Source: Parcubacteria group bacterium Gr01-1014_33
Lineage (GTDB): Bacteria; Patescibacteriota; Minisyncoccia; Sungbacterales; HO2-52-23
Length of the DNA stretch: 38,262 nucleotides
Direction of reading: 5' to 3'
Assembly: GCA_007376125.1 (NCBI GenBank)
Contig: VMFQ01000007.1
Location: forward strand, 1-38,262
Below, in pieces: positions 26,656 to 36,414 of the stretch. The position numbers and the translations under genes were made by a program. How positions within the stretch are numbered: the stretch's first letter is position 1; each line of letters begins with the position of its first letter. The notes under the pieces were generated by a model. That model did not search any database, had not been told where the DNA came from, and saw only the letters and a list, made by a program, of their open reading frames with translations.

Positions 26656-28164
26656 ATGTCCACACTTACTCACATACCCGTTGTGTTTGACAAAAGCCAC
26701 CTTTTGACCATAGGCGAGCGGCTTTATAGTACGAGTTTGGATTTGATACGCGAGCTTGTCTCAAACGCGTATGATGCGGATGCCACGCGGGTTGAGATTG
26801 AGATCGGGGCGGAAGAAATCACGGTTGAGGATAACGGAAGCGGCATGGATCAAAAATCGCTTTTCCAGTATTTTACGATTGGCTCGCAGGAAAAACGAAT
26901 GCACCCGCTTTCTCCCAAGTTCCAACGAAAAAGAATCGGCGAATTTGGCATAGGTAAATTTTCGGTGTTGAGTATTGCACGAAAGTTTGCGCTTGAAACG
27001 TGGCAGAGAGAAAGCCAATTTCGAGCGCGTGTGGTATTTGATGCGGCAAAATGGAGCGGAGAACGCGAGAACTGGAGTATTCCCTGCGAGGTTCTCCCGT
27101 TTGATTCCGTGTACTCTCACGGAACACGTGTATCCATACAACACATAAAAAAACAGCTTGATTCGACGAGTGTGGCGCGCCACATCCGCGAGCGGATGCC
27201 GGTCGGCCGCGAGGATTTCCGCATTTTTGTAAACGGCGCGGAGGTGACAGCAACCACGATTCCGGGCAAGCGGTTTCCTGTATTTTTTATGACTCCGTTC
27301 GGAGAGGCAAGCGGCGAAATTATTCTTGCCAACCTTCCGGCAACACAGCGTACGATTGCCGATGCGGGAATTACCATCCGCGTAAAACAGATCAGCGTTA
27401 CCAAAAGTATTTTCGGATTTGAAGCGTCGCATTCCGTGGGAGTAAGCCGACTCCGTGGCTCGGTAAACGCGGATTTTCTTCCCATCACTTCAAGCCGCGA
27501 TCAAATTATGTGGGATTCTGACCAGTACAAAATATTTTACGCAAAAATGCGGGAAATTATTTTTTCGGTTTTGCGGGAAGCGCACACACTCCAGCTCCAA
27601 AAAGAAATTACCCAAGCATCGCACGTGCTTCGCGATGCGTTGGATAAAATCGGTCGCGCGTTTAAGAAAAATCCGGAAATGTTTGAGGAAGAGGGAGTGA
27701 GTCCGCCCCTTGGCGAGTATACATCGGGCGCGGCTTCCCAGGAAGGATATGTAATTTCAAAAGCCGAGTTTGTGGACGGCGGAACACACATACCGCCGCG
27801 CGGAGAAATTCCTGATGGCACATTTGAAGACTTGAGAGCAAAGCCAAAACGAAAACACGTTATTCTTGCAAACCGCGCGGTTATAAGAAAAATGCGATTT
27901 GGCAATTTAGGAATAGTGTGCCGCATGGAGCGCTACGGACCAAAATATCCGCCGAGCTTTCTTGAGGAGGGAATTATTTTTATCAACATAGATCATCCTT
28001 TGTATAGAAAGCAAATGGAAAATACTCCGCTTCTTACCATGTTTATATCAACGCTTCTTACCAAAGAACTTGCGTTAAAGAAACATCCAAACGATTCGGC
28101 GGCCGCCTACACCCTCCAGCATCATCTTTTAACCGATGCCTTTAAAGATGTGAGGAAGATGTGA
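26656..28164 (+). CDS. GHKL (Hsp90/MORC-like) ATPase
   Basis: RELVSNAYDA, DNGSGM, GEFGIGK, ITSSRD, INIDHP. Confidence 0.88.
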   Translation: MSTLTHIPVVFDKSHLLTIGERLYSTSLDLIRELVSNAYDADATRVEIEIGAEEITVEDNGSGMDQKSLFQYFTIGSQEKRMHPLSPKFQRKRIGEFGIGKFSVLSIARKFALETWQRESQFRARVVFDAAKWSGERENWSIPCEVLPFDSVYSHGTRVSIQHIKKQLDSTSVARHIRERMPVGREDFRIFVNGAEVTATTIPGKRFPVFFMTPFGEASGEIILANLPATQRTIADAGITIRVKQISVTKSIFGFEASHSVGVSRLRGSVNADFLPITSSRDQIMWDSDQYKIFYAKMREIIFSVLREAHTLQLQKEITQASHVLRDALDKIGRAFKKNPEMFEEEGVSPPLGEYTSGAASQEGYVISKAEFVDGGTHIPPRGEIPDGTFEDLRAKPKRKHVILANRAVIRKMRFGNLGIVCRMERYGPKYPPSFLEEGIIFINIDHPLYRKQMENTPLLTMFISTLLTKELALKKHPNDSAAAYTLQHHLLTDAFKDVRKM

Positions 28165-28184
28165 TATCGAAAGAGCGGATTTAC

Positions 28185-28228
28185 AACTACTATCAACTCG
28201 TTACGATCGTAATGGGTTGGTAGTAGTT
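28185..28228. repeat. ACGATCGT-centred palindrome, copy 3
   Basis: All three arm mismatches are G-T on the + strand. Confidence 0.85.
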
Positions 28229-28331
28229 TGATTTTGCATGTAAAAGGAGGAAAAAGAATAAAATTTTCCCATATAAAGGTCGGATGCGTTTTGTGTTCCT
28301 TGAAAATGGATGATATGCTGGTAATTGACGC

Positions 28332-28982
28332 ATGACCATCCGAAAATTTCTTCATTCGTGTATTGTGATGGAAGAAAACGGGAAGCGGGTTTTGATTGAT
28401 CCGGGGAGTTTTTGTTTTGTAGAAAACAAAATTACGCCGGAAGATATCGGGCCAGTGGATGTGGTACTTATCACTCACAAGCATCCGGATCATTATTATC
28501 CGGAGGCGCTTAAACGGATTTTTGCGTTGAAGCCGTTTACGATAATTACAAATAGGGAGATCGGAGCCATGCGTTCCGCTGATGGATTGACAGGAGAGAT
28601 AATCTCTGCGGGTGATGTCAAAAATGTGAAAGGGTTTGAAATTCGCGCGTATGAAGGGGTGCATGGGCGAATTCCGACAGAAATTCCGCAAAACCTCGCG
28701 TATCTCATAAACGGAAAAATTTTGCATCCCGGGGATTCGCTTACAGTTCGCGGCGTTCCGGCGCATGACATTCTTGCGCTTCCGATTACAGCACCGTGGC
28801 TCCGGCTCGTGGACGCGCTTGAATTTGCCATCGTGCAGAAACCAAAACGCGTGATTCCGATCCATGATGCGATTATGAAAGATTTTATGTTGGAACGGAT
28901 ATATCAAATGTGCCACGCGGCGCTTGAAAAAGAGGGAATCGGATTTCAGCCGCTTTTACTCGGGGAGGAAATTGAGGTATAA
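28332..28982 (+). CDS. MBL-fold metallo-hydrolase
   Basis: LIDPG, THKHPDH, HPGDS, PIHD. Confidence 0.92.
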   Translation: MTIRKFLHSCIVMEENGKRVLIDPGSFCFVENKITPEDIGPVDVVLITHKHPDHYYPEALKRIFALKPFTIITNREIGAMRSADGLTGEIISAGDVKNVKGFEIRAYEGVHGRIPTEIPQNLAYLINGKILHPGDSLTVRGVPAHDILALPITAPWLRLVDALEFAIVQKPKRVIPIHDAIMKDFMLERIYQMCHAALEKEGIGFQPLLLGEEIEV

Positions 28983-29091
28983 TAATATTGCCGTCTTATA
29001 CGGCGGATGCGATAGAGGAATAGTATGGACTTCTGCTTTCTTTGAGCATAAAATTGATCTATACCTTTAAAGAGAAGATAATTTTGTCTCT

Positions 29092-29595
29092 ATGGACACT
29101 CAAAAGAAATCTGCCAATATAATAATACTCATAATCGGCGTTTTGGCAGTTGCGGTAATAGGTGCATATTTTATATATTCGCGGGATTTTGTTGAGGCGC
29201 CTCGCAATCAGGTTCCTCCGGCGTCCTCGTTTGATGCTCCTCTTAAAACTACTCCTCTTGCCCCGCCTGCTTCGGCGCCGCAATCAGGTAAAAGCCAGCC
29301 TGCTCCGCCGCCGCCGTCTCCCAAACCGATTATAATAGAAATGACCCTGCAAGGATTTTCTCCGGCATCGGTTACTGTGCCGGTGGGGACTACCGTGCGT
29401 TTTGTAAACCGCGATTCGGTAGGACTATGGCCGGCGTCTGACCTTCATCCCACGCATGGGATTTGTCCCGGGTTTGATTCGCAAGGTCCGCTTGGGCCCG
29501 GCGAGACGTATGAATTTACCTTTACCGCGGCAAAAACATGTCCCATGCATGATCACCTGCATCCTTCATTGCGGGGAGTAGTTGTGGTAGAATAG
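29092..29595 (+). CDS. Membrane-anchored cupredoxin-domain protein with a Pro-rich linker
   Basis: N-terminal TM helix; FSPASVTVPVGTTVRFVN; WPASDLHPTH; HDHLHP. Confidence 0.8.
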   Translation: MDTQKKSANIIILIIGVLAVAVIGAYFIYSRDFVEAPRNQVPPASSFDAPLKTTPLAPPASAPQSGKSQPAPPPPSPKPIIIEMTLQGFSPASVTVPVGTTVRFVNRDSVGLWPASDLHPTHGICPGFDSQGPLGPGETYEFTFTAAKTCPMHDHLHPSLRGVVVVE

Positions 29596-29715
29596 CTACG
29601 GAATACAAATAGTACCAATACGAGGTTCTTCGTTCGTCCCGACGCGTCGGGATTCGCATAGTTCGCATAGTTCGCATTATGTTTCGTATATTCGTAAAAA
29701 TTCGTATTTCGTAGC
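29595..29715. repeat. TTCG(C/T)A 9-mer tandem and inverted repeat with nested tcccgacgcgtcggga
   Basis: ttcgcatag twice plus variants; outer gctacg/cgtagc. Confidence 0.75.
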
Positions 29716-29720
29716 CCTAT

Positions 29721-30200
29721 ATGCGAGAATTTCATCCAAAACCGGGACAAATTGATTTTACCCACATTAAACGGGTGCCGGTGGTAAATTGTATTCTCCG
29801 CTATCAAGCGAAATTTCTGATTGTTCAGAGAAGCGTGGAAATAAAATTTTATCCGGAGTACTGGAACGGCATTTCGGGTTTTTTGGATGATGGCAGGAGC
29901 ATTGAAGAAAAATTGCGCGCGGAATTAAACGAGGAACTTGGGCTTCGCGAACAGGATATTATCACGGTTCATCAGGCAGAGTCCTTTGAATATGATGATC
30001 CGCGCTACAACAAAACATGGATCATACATCCGGTTCTTGTGGACGTCAGAACCGATGCAATTCGTCTTGATTGGGAAGCACGGGATTCGCGATGGGTAAC
30101 GCTTGAAGAGGTAAAGGAATACAATACGCTCCCCGGGTTTGAAAAAGTACTGCAGGCGCTTTTCCCGGCCGGCATGGTGGAAGAGGCGGGCGGCATGTAA
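29721..30200 (+). CDS. NUDIX-fold protein
   Basis: ISGFLDDGRSIEEKLRAELNEELG. Confidence 0.85.
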   Translation: MREFHPKPGQIDFTHIKRVPVVNCILRYQAKFLIVQRSVEIKFYPEYWNGISGFLDDGRSIEEKLRAELNEELGLREQDIITVHQAESFEYDDPRYNKTWIIHPVLVDVRTDAIRLDWEARDSRWVTLEEVKEYNTLPGFEKVLQALFPAGMVEEAGGM

Positions 30201-30273
30201 ACATCTGATGCACCCGCAAGGATGCCAATCCTGGCGAGCTGTTTTATTGGTAACCTCTCACAACCCTTCTTCC

Positions 30274-30478
30274 GTCATTGCTTGCCCCGTTAGATACCTT
30301 TGTATCTATCGGGGCAAGCAAAAATGCATTCCTAATGCGCTTTGGCGAGCTCCCGCCGTGCGGACGCTCTAGGAAGCAATCTTAATCTTGGAGAATAGGA
30401 TTGCTGCGTCCTCCTGGCTTGTCGGAGAAACGATTGCAGAAAAGATTGACAATCTTTTCTGCGTTTCTCCGTAATGAC
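30274..30478. repeat. GTCATTGC...GTAATGAC REP-like element with two nested palindromes
   Basis: Nested gccccgttagatac..gtatctatcggggc at 30284-30315 and a hairpin at 30423-30471. Confidence 0.7.
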
Positions 30479-30505
30479 AGGTATAAGGAGTTACTTTTAT
30501 TGCTA

Positions 30506-30534
30506 TTGCGCTTTTTTTAGATACGTGCTATACT
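30506..30534 (+). promoter_or_regulatory. Promoter of the RRM gene, giving a ~125-nt 5' UTR
   Basis: TTGCGC-17-TATACT with TGn extension. Confidence 0.65.
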
Positions 30535-30664
30535 GGTAAAAGTTGTAAGTGTTCTCGTAATAGGTTTCTTTTTCTAATCAAAGGGTTTGCGCTCTTTTGA
30601 GAAAATGCAAACGTAAAAGAGAGGTCGTCTTACACAACATAATTAATATATTTTTTAGCATTTT

Positions 30665-31015
30665 ATGGCAAAGAAGTTATACATTGGTGGGCTTTCCTAC
30701 AGCACCACCGAAGACGAATTACGGGATGCATTTTCCCAGGTAGGCGCGGTTGAGTCTGCGTCTATCGTGATTGACAGAATGACCGGCAGGTCGCGCGGAT
30801 TCGGGTTTGTGGAAATGTCCTCGGATGACGAGGCGCAAGCCGCGATTGAGATGTGGAACGGCAAAGAACTCGGAGGACGGACGCTTACGGTAAACGAAGC
30901 GCGTCCGATGGAGGCGCGCGCGCCCCGACGCGAAGGCGGCGGAGGCGGGTTTAACCGAGATCGCGGAGGAGCGCGGAGCGGCGGATTTGGCGGTCAGCGA
31001 AGAAACAGCTGGTAA
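30665..31015 (+). CDS. RRM RNA-binding protein with a Gly/Arg-rich tail
   Basis: LYIGGL (RNP2), RGFGFVEM (RNP1). Confidence 0.97.
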   Translation: MAKKLYIGGLSYSTTEDELRDAFSQVGAVESASIVIDRMTGRSRGFGFVEMSSDDEAQAAIEMWNGKELGGRTLTVNEARPMEARAPRREGGGGGFNRDRGGARSGGFGGQRRNSW

Positions 31016-31027
31016 TCTGTACTGATG

Positions 31028-31063
31028 CAAAAACATCCCGACCCATCGGGGTGTTTTTGTTTT
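31028..31063 (+). terminator. Intrinsic terminator
   Basis: caaaaacatcccga-ccca-tcggggtgtttttgtttt. Confidence 0.8.
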
Positions 31064-31094
31064 CTAACCTTCATTATAATACTATTCTAAATAC

Positions 31095-31208
31095 TATCCT
31101 AAACTAAGTTTAGGATACGAAAATCACTATTTATTTGGTAATTTCTGTATTATCCTTAAATCCTAAACTAAGTTTACTAAACTAAGTTTAGTAAACTTAG
31201 TTTAGGAT
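31095..31208. repeat. TAAACTWAGTTTA multimer palindromes
   Basis: 31095-31117, and a perfect 24-bp-arm palindrome at 31160-31208. Confidence 0.9.
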
Positions 31209-31337
31209 AATTTAGGAGAAGGATTCTTTTTACGGGTAGGTTATATGGGAATGACAATCGGAAGAGTTTCGTAATGCAAAGTAATGTATACCCACCCACT
31301 CGCGAAAAAGAGCCGTTTCTGTTACAATAGGCATAGT

Positions 31338-32306
31338 ATGCACACTGCTCCTCCTTTACATCGTGATACGCGCCTTGGCAAAGATCTCATTTTAGATGAG
31401 CGTTTTGACTTGCTACTTTATGAAAAATTTCGGGATTATGCAAAAGGCGACCTTAACACGCTTCTTGAGGAACTCATTGCGATTGAATCAAAACACGTGG
31501 TATTTTGGGAAAATTTTTTTGGCATTCAGGGAAGTTCCTTAAATCTCGGGCGGCGGCTTAAGCTCGCGATATTTACGGGAGCGGCGTTTCTTTTCGGCGA
31601 GAAGGTGATCCATTTACTGCTTGAGGCGATTGAGGTCTACGGGATAAGAAAGTATCTGCGCGTCTGGGAGATGTATAAAGACACTGCGTTGGGAGAGGCG
31701 CTGGAAGGCATCTTGCATGACGAAATGGCGCACGAGGATGTTATTGTCTCGCGGCTTGTGGAGCGGAGCATCAATCCCGCGCGCGTACGCAATATTTTTC
31801 TCGGATTTAACGACGGGCTCGTGGAAACGCTTGGCGCGATAAGCGGGTTTTTCGCGGCATTTGATCGCTTGCCGTCAATCGTGCTTGCGGCATTTACCGT
31901 GGCGGTTGCCGGATCGTTTTCCATGGGCGCCGGAGTGTTTCTCGGCACAAGCTCCGAGAATGAAGTAAAGCGGCTTGAAGCGGGCAGAAAGGAATTTTTG
32001 AAAGGGGTGGCGCGCAAGGAAGAAAAATACGAACAGCCGCTCGCATCCGGATTTATAGTCGCCATTTTCTATTTTATCGGAGCGCTTATTCCGATTTCTC
32101 CGGTGCTTTTCGGATTTGAAAATCTTTTTCTCTCGGTTGCGATTTCCGCGGGATTTATCATTTTAATTTCTCTCGTGCTTTCGTTTCTCTCCGGAATGGA
32201 TATTGGGCGAAGAATTTTGCTCAATCTTCTCATTATTGCCGGCGCGGTGGTAATCACATACGCGATCGGGATTATCACGAGGCAAATATGGGGAGTGAGG
32301 TTATAG
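31338..32306 (+). CDS. Ferritin/erythrin-like plus VIT1/CCC1 metal transporter fusion
   Basis: ExxH motifs (ESKH, EMAH); IFLGFNDGL; GSFSMGAG; several TM helices. Confidence 0.88.
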   Translation: MHTAPPLHRDTRLGKDLILDERFDLLLYEKFRDYAKGDLNTLLEELIAIESKHVVFWENFFGIQGSSLNLGRRLKLAIFTGAAFLFGEKVIHLLLEAIEVYGIRKYLRVWEMYKDTALGEALEGILHDEMAHEDVIVSRLVERSINPARVRNIFLGFNDGLVETLGAISGFFAAFDRLPSIVLAAFTVAVAGSFSMGAGVFLGTSSENEVKRLEAGRKEFLKGVARKEEKYEQPLASGFIVAIFYFIGALIPISPVLFGFENLFLSVAISAGFIILISLVLSFLSGMDIGRRILLNLLIIAGAVVITYAIGIITRQIWGVRL

Positions 32307-32320
32307 AGTGAAGAAAATCC

Positions 32321-32565
32321 GTGTTCAATTCCACACAAAAATTTGAAAAATATCTATGGACGCGCCATGCCCATGATAAAATGCAATTCTATCGGCTGAC
32401 GGAATCTCGGATAAAAAGAATAATCCGGTATCCGGCGCGAGTGGAGGAGGGGATTTTGGAAGGTGCAGTGGCGTGCATGCAGGTTGCGGACGCTATCCGG
32501 GAAAAAGTCCGGAACGCGATCCGATCCCTGCGGAAGTTCTCCGTGAAATCAGAAATATTATTTAA
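32321..32565 (+). pseudogene. DUF4258/RelE-like small protein with an internal deletion and frameshift near 32490
   Basis: WTRHAHDKM N-half; RYPGKSPERDPIP...II* in another frame whose TAA overlaps the next ATG. Confidence 0.6.
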
Positions 32566-33479
32566 TGGAACCGGTTCTCCAAATCGAAAATCTTGAAAAA
32601 TCCTACAAAAACGTACACGCGGTGCGGGGGATTTCGTTTTCTCTTCGCGAAGGAGAGATTCTCGGCATGCTCGGACCAAACGGCGCGGGCAAGACCACTA
32701 CGATCCAAATGTGTATAGGAGTCCTTACTCCGACTTCAGGCGAGATACGGTATTTTGGGAAATCGCTTTTTGACCATCGAGAGGAGATTCTGGAAAAAAT
32801 CAACTTTTCTTCCACATATACGCATCTTCCTTGGAATCTGACCGTCAAAGAGAATCTCACTTATATATCATATCTTTATGCGATCAAAAATCGAAAAGAG
32901 CGAATAGCAAAGATAGTAAAGATTTTTCGCCTTGAGCCGTTGCTCAAGCAAAAAGTTGATGAACTTTCCGCGGGACAGCTCACACGGGTGAATCTTGCAA
33001 AAGCATTTATCAATTTTCCGCGCGTGTTGCTCTTGGATGAGCCGACTGCCTCTCTTGATCCGGAAGCCGCGAAGTATATCCGAGAGTTTCTACTCCACGA
33101 ACGACAGAATTTCCAGGTTTCTATTATTCTCACCTCTCATAACATGGCGGAGGTGGAGGAGGTGTGCGATCGCGTTATATTTATTGATAAAGGGGAAATC
33201 ATAGCGGATGATACGCCAGAAAATCTTGCAAAGACAATTGAGGTTTCGCATGTGGAACTCCTCATAACGGATGGGCTCAAACGGGCAGTGGAATATTGCA
33301 GGGAAGAAAACATTTCGCATCGCGTGGAAGGACGCTATATGTGGGCTGATGTCAAAGAACTCATGATCCCGAATTTCTTGCGCGGGCTTATGGATAAAGG
33401 AGTTTTTTATAGTGAAATAAGCATTGATAAGCCGACGCTTGAGGACTATTTTCTTCAGGTCGCGGTAAAAAAACAATGA
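32565..33479 (+). CDS. ABC transporter ATP-binding protein
   Basis: GPNGAGKTT, LSAGQ, LLLDEPT, SH. Confidence 0.96.
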   Translation: MEPVLQIENLEKSYKNVHAVRGISFSLREGEILGMLGPNGAGKTTTIQMCIGVLTPTSGEIRYFGKSLFDHREEILEKINFSSTYTHLPWNLTVKENLTYISYLYAIKNRKERIAKIVKIFRLEPLLKQKVDELSAGQLTRVNLAKAFINFPRVLLLDEPTASLDPEAAKYIREFLLHERQNFQVSIILTSHNMAEVEEVCDRVIFIDKGEIIADDTPENLAKTIEVSHVELLITDGLKRAVEYCREENISHRVEGRYMWADVKELMIPNFLRGLMDKGVFYSEISIDKPTLEDYFLQVAVKKQ

Positions 33480-34264
33480 AGATACATCGGATTTTCGCAA
33501 TGACACTGCGGTATCTCTTTGCCTTTCGGCATAATCTCGATCGCATCACGGATGCGTTTTATTGGCCTACGGTTGATCTTGTGTTATGGGGGCTTACGAG
33601 CGTGTATCTGACTTCTTCTCTCTCGCGTACCTCTCAAGGGGTTGCGGTGGTGGTTTCAGGAATCGTGCTTTGGGTGGTGGTGTGGCGGGGGCAGGCGGAA
33701 GTTGCCGTTAACGTGCTGGAAGAATTTTGGGACTGGAACTTGATAAATCTTTTTGTAAGTCCGCTGAAATTTTCCGAATGGATTGCTTCATTCCTTTTGA
33801 TCGGCGCAATAAAAGCAGCGGTAAGTTTTTCGTTTGCCATGGGGGTGGCATATATGCTGTATGATGTAAGAGTGTTTGATGTCGGGGCGTATCTCATTCC
33901 TATGGGGATTTTGTTGATCATGACCGGTTGGTGGTTTGGATTCCTTGTCGCGGGACTTATCCTGCGCTACGGAAAAAAAGTGCAATCGTTTGCATGGACG
34001 CTCATTTTCGCGATCGCTCCATTTTCTGCGGTATTTTATCCGTTATCTGTTCTTCCGTGGTGGGCGCAAAAGATTTCAATCTTTGTTCCCACGAGCTATA
34101 TTTTTGAAGGGATGCGCACGTTAATCAGCGGCGGAACACTTAATTTTTCCACGTTTGCGCTTAGTTTTTTTCTCAATATCGTGTACCTTTGCCTCGCGCT
34201 GATTTTCCTGTACAAGAGTTTTGAAAAGATCATGGACAAAGGACTTGGAAAAGGGCGCGGGTAG
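33476..34264 (+). CDS. ABC-2 type permease
   Basis: About six TM segments; FYPLSVLP; ATGA overlap with the ATPase gene. Confidence 0.93.
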   Translation: MKIHRIFAMTLRYLFAFRHNLDRITDAFYWPTVDLVLWGLTSVYLTSSLSRTSQGVAVVVSGIVLWVVVWRGQAEVAVNVLEEFWDWNLINLFVSPLKFSEWIASFLLIGAIKAAVSFSFAMGVAYMLYDVRVFDVGAYLIPMGILLIMTGWWFGFLVAGLILRYGKKVQSFAWTLIFAIAPFSAVFYPLSVLPWWAQKISIFVPTSYIFEGMRTLISGGTLNFSTFALSFFLNIVYLCLALIFLYKSFEKIMDKGLGKGRG

Positions 34265-34308
34265 GATTCTTGTCTTTTCACCCGCTTTATGACGGAGTAA
34301 CTTTTATC

Positions 34309-34337
34309 TTGACCTTATCGCGGGATTGTCCTATTAT
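34309..34337 (+). promoter_or_regulatory. Promoter, leaderless TA operon
   Basis: TTGACC-17-TATTAT; ATG 6 nt later. Confidence 0.65.
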
Positions 34338-34343
34338 GACACT

Positions 34344-34538
34344 ATGATTCGTATAGCGACCAAAAACTATATTAGAATTCCCAAGGAGGAATATATACGA
34401 TTAAAACAGCTCCAAAAATACTTTGGAACTTTTTGGAGTTATTTTGAACATCTTCAGGAAATTAAAAAAGCGCGGGAAGAAATAAAAGTAGGGAAAACTA
34501 TTGCGCAAGAGGATTTATTCCAAAAGCTGGGGTTATAG
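34344..34538 (+). CDS. Putative antitoxin
   Basis: IPKEEY..IKKAREEIKVGKT..LFQKLGL; lies before a RelE-type gene. Confidence 0.75.
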   Translation: MIRIATKNYIRIPKEEYIRLKQLQKYFGTFWSYFEHLQEIKKAREEIKVGKTIAQEDLFQKLGL

Positions 34539-34544
34539 AATGCT

Positions 34545-34793
34545 ATGGAAATTCACTATACATATAAAGCGGCGGATGATTTGGAACGATTGCCGCGAGA
34601 TGTTCAAAAGCGCATCGCAGAAAAGATGCGCTTTTATGCAAATCAAAAAGACCCGCTGAAGTTTGCAAAACGGCTCACGGATCCAGCGGAGGGCGAGTTT
34701 CGTTTCCGTATCGGGATGTATAGAGTATCGTGTGATGCGATAGAGGGAAAAATATTTGTTTTGAAAATCGCTCCGCGCGACAAAGCGTATTAA
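34545..34793 (+). CDS. RelE/ParE-family toxin
   Basis: FRFRIGMYRV, RDKAY. Confidence 0.88.
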   Translation: MEIHYTYKAADDLERLPRDVQKRIAEKMRFYANQKDPLKFAKRLTDPAEGEFRFRIGMYRVSCDAIEGKIFVLKIAPRDKAY

Positions 34794-34807
34794 AATAGGA
34801 TAGTTTG

Positions 34808-36001
34808 ATGCACCGGGGAATTGCCACATTCACATTAGACACCGGTCAATGCCCAAAATGGCTGTTTGAGCGGATGGTAAAGTTGGGGCGGGAAATGGCG
34901 CGGGTATTGATAGAAGAATACGGAGCGGATGAATTTATCCGGCGGATTTCTGATCCAGTGTGGTTTCAGTCTTTGGGAACGGTGCTCGCGTTTGATTGGA
35001 ACGCATCGGGTTTAACCACTATTCTTACCGCGGCTTTGAAAGAAGCGATCCGAGGCGAAGAACGGAATTTTGGAGTTTTCATCTGTGGCGGAAAAGGAAA
35101 GACATCGCGCAAAACTCCGGAGGAAATTCAAAGGTGGGGTCAGTGGATCGGACTTCCGGAAACAGGAACGCAAAACCTCGTGTACAATTCAAAAATGAGC
35201 GCGAAAGTTGATTCCGCGCTTGTACAGGACGGGTTTCAACTCTATCATCACTCGTTTTTCTTTTCACGAAACGGCGCATGGAGCGTGGTGCAACAAGGGA
35301 TGAACGCAAGCGAGGGAACAGCGCGCCGCTATCATTGGTACTCCCAAAGCATTAGTGATCTTGTGTGCGAGCCGCATACGGCAATATCTTCCCAGTCAAT
35401 CGGTGAGAACGTCTTAAATATGGTTGCGGCAAAAAGCACGGATACGCGCAATCGTTCAACCGAGCTTGTGCACTCGGGCTACGCGCCGCTCATGAAAGAA
35501 ATCCAGATTATCCGCAAGCATTCGTCTCGTCTTTCGCAGATGATCGCTATGAAAAATAACGGCGGAGAGCAATTAACACTGCTCAATCTTGAGGATACTG
35601 AATTTCATTCCCATCCGGTGATAACCGAGGACTTTTCCAAGAGCAAATACCTTGAAAAAATCTTGGCGCGGGTAACCGACGAGAAACCGGAAAATTACGA
35701 GAAGCTAATTGCAATGGAAGGTGTAGGCGCAAAAACCGTGCGCGCGCTTGCCCTTGTCTCCGAAGTAATTTTCGGAGCAAAACCCTCGTACGAAGACCCG
35801 GCGCGGTATAGTTTCGCGCATGGAGGAAAAGACGCAACTCCTTATCCGGTGGATCGCAAAACATACGACAAAACAATTGAAATGCTTTTGAAAGCGGTGA
35901 GGAGAGCAAAAATAAGTCCGGTGGAAAAAGAGAAAGTGATAAAGCGGCTTGCGTATCCAAAGCGCCAATACACCGCTATTGACTTTTATGCCGCATTATA
36001 A
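34808..36001 (+). CDS. DUF763 family protein
   Basis: SDPVWFQSLG, DWNASG.TT, GGKG, KVDSALVQDG, FAHGGKD. Confidence 0.9.
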   Translation: MHRGIATFTLDTGQCPKWLFERMVKLGREMARVLIEEYGADEFIRRISDPVWFQSLGTVLAFDWNASGLTTILTAALKEAIRGEERNFGVFICGGKGKTSRKTPEEIQRWGQWIGLPETGTQNLVYNSKMSAKVDSALVQDGFQLYHHSFFFSRNGAWSVVQQGMNASEGTARRYHWYSQSISDLVCEPHTAISSQSIGENVLNMVAAKSTDTRNRSTELVHSGYAPLMKEIQIIRKHSSRLSQMIAMKNNGGEQLTLLNLEDTEFHSHPVITEDFSKSKYLEKILARVTDEKPENYEKLIAMEGVGAKTVRALALVSEVIFGAKPSYEDPARYSFAHGGKDATPYPVDRKTYDKTIEMLLKAVRRAKISPVEKEKVIKRLAYPKRQYTAIDFYAAL

Positions 36002-36059
36002 TAGGATTTATGTAAAGTACGGACAGTTCTTTGGTAAAAAATAAGATAAGGAGGCTCGC

Positions 36060-36371
36060 ATGCTGGACTTGGAAATCAGAGAAAGAATATTGGTTGCTAA
36101 AGCTTATTTAGAGGCACTGGCTGATACGCTTGAAGCAAAACAGGAAAAAAGCGCTGAAGAAGAAACGTTCCTTCCCATATTTCAGACATTTTTCACGATA
36201 GACGCGGGCGTATTAGATCGGGGATTTGAATATCTTGCGACCATAGAATGTCAATCTCTTCTGCGCGGACTCTTGCGTTGGTATCCGCAACATAGGGATA
36301 TTCTTTTGAGACGGCTTTCCCCGGATATCTTTGATCAGCATGTTAAGTTATTTGAAGATATGCTTCGGTAA
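36060..36371 (+). CDS. Hypothetical orphan protein
   Basis: SD AGGAGG at 36049-36054; boxA-like GTTCTTTG at 36026; terminator downstream. Confidence 0.7.
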   Translation: MLDLEIRERILVAKAYLEALADTLEAKQEKSAEEETFLPIFQTFFTIDAGVLDRGFEYLATIECQSLLRGLLRWYPQHRDILLRRLSPDIFDQHVKLFEDMLR

Positions 36372-36414
36372 TAAGCGCTTTTTACTTTCTATCGTTCTTT
36401 TTTATAACGTGTTG

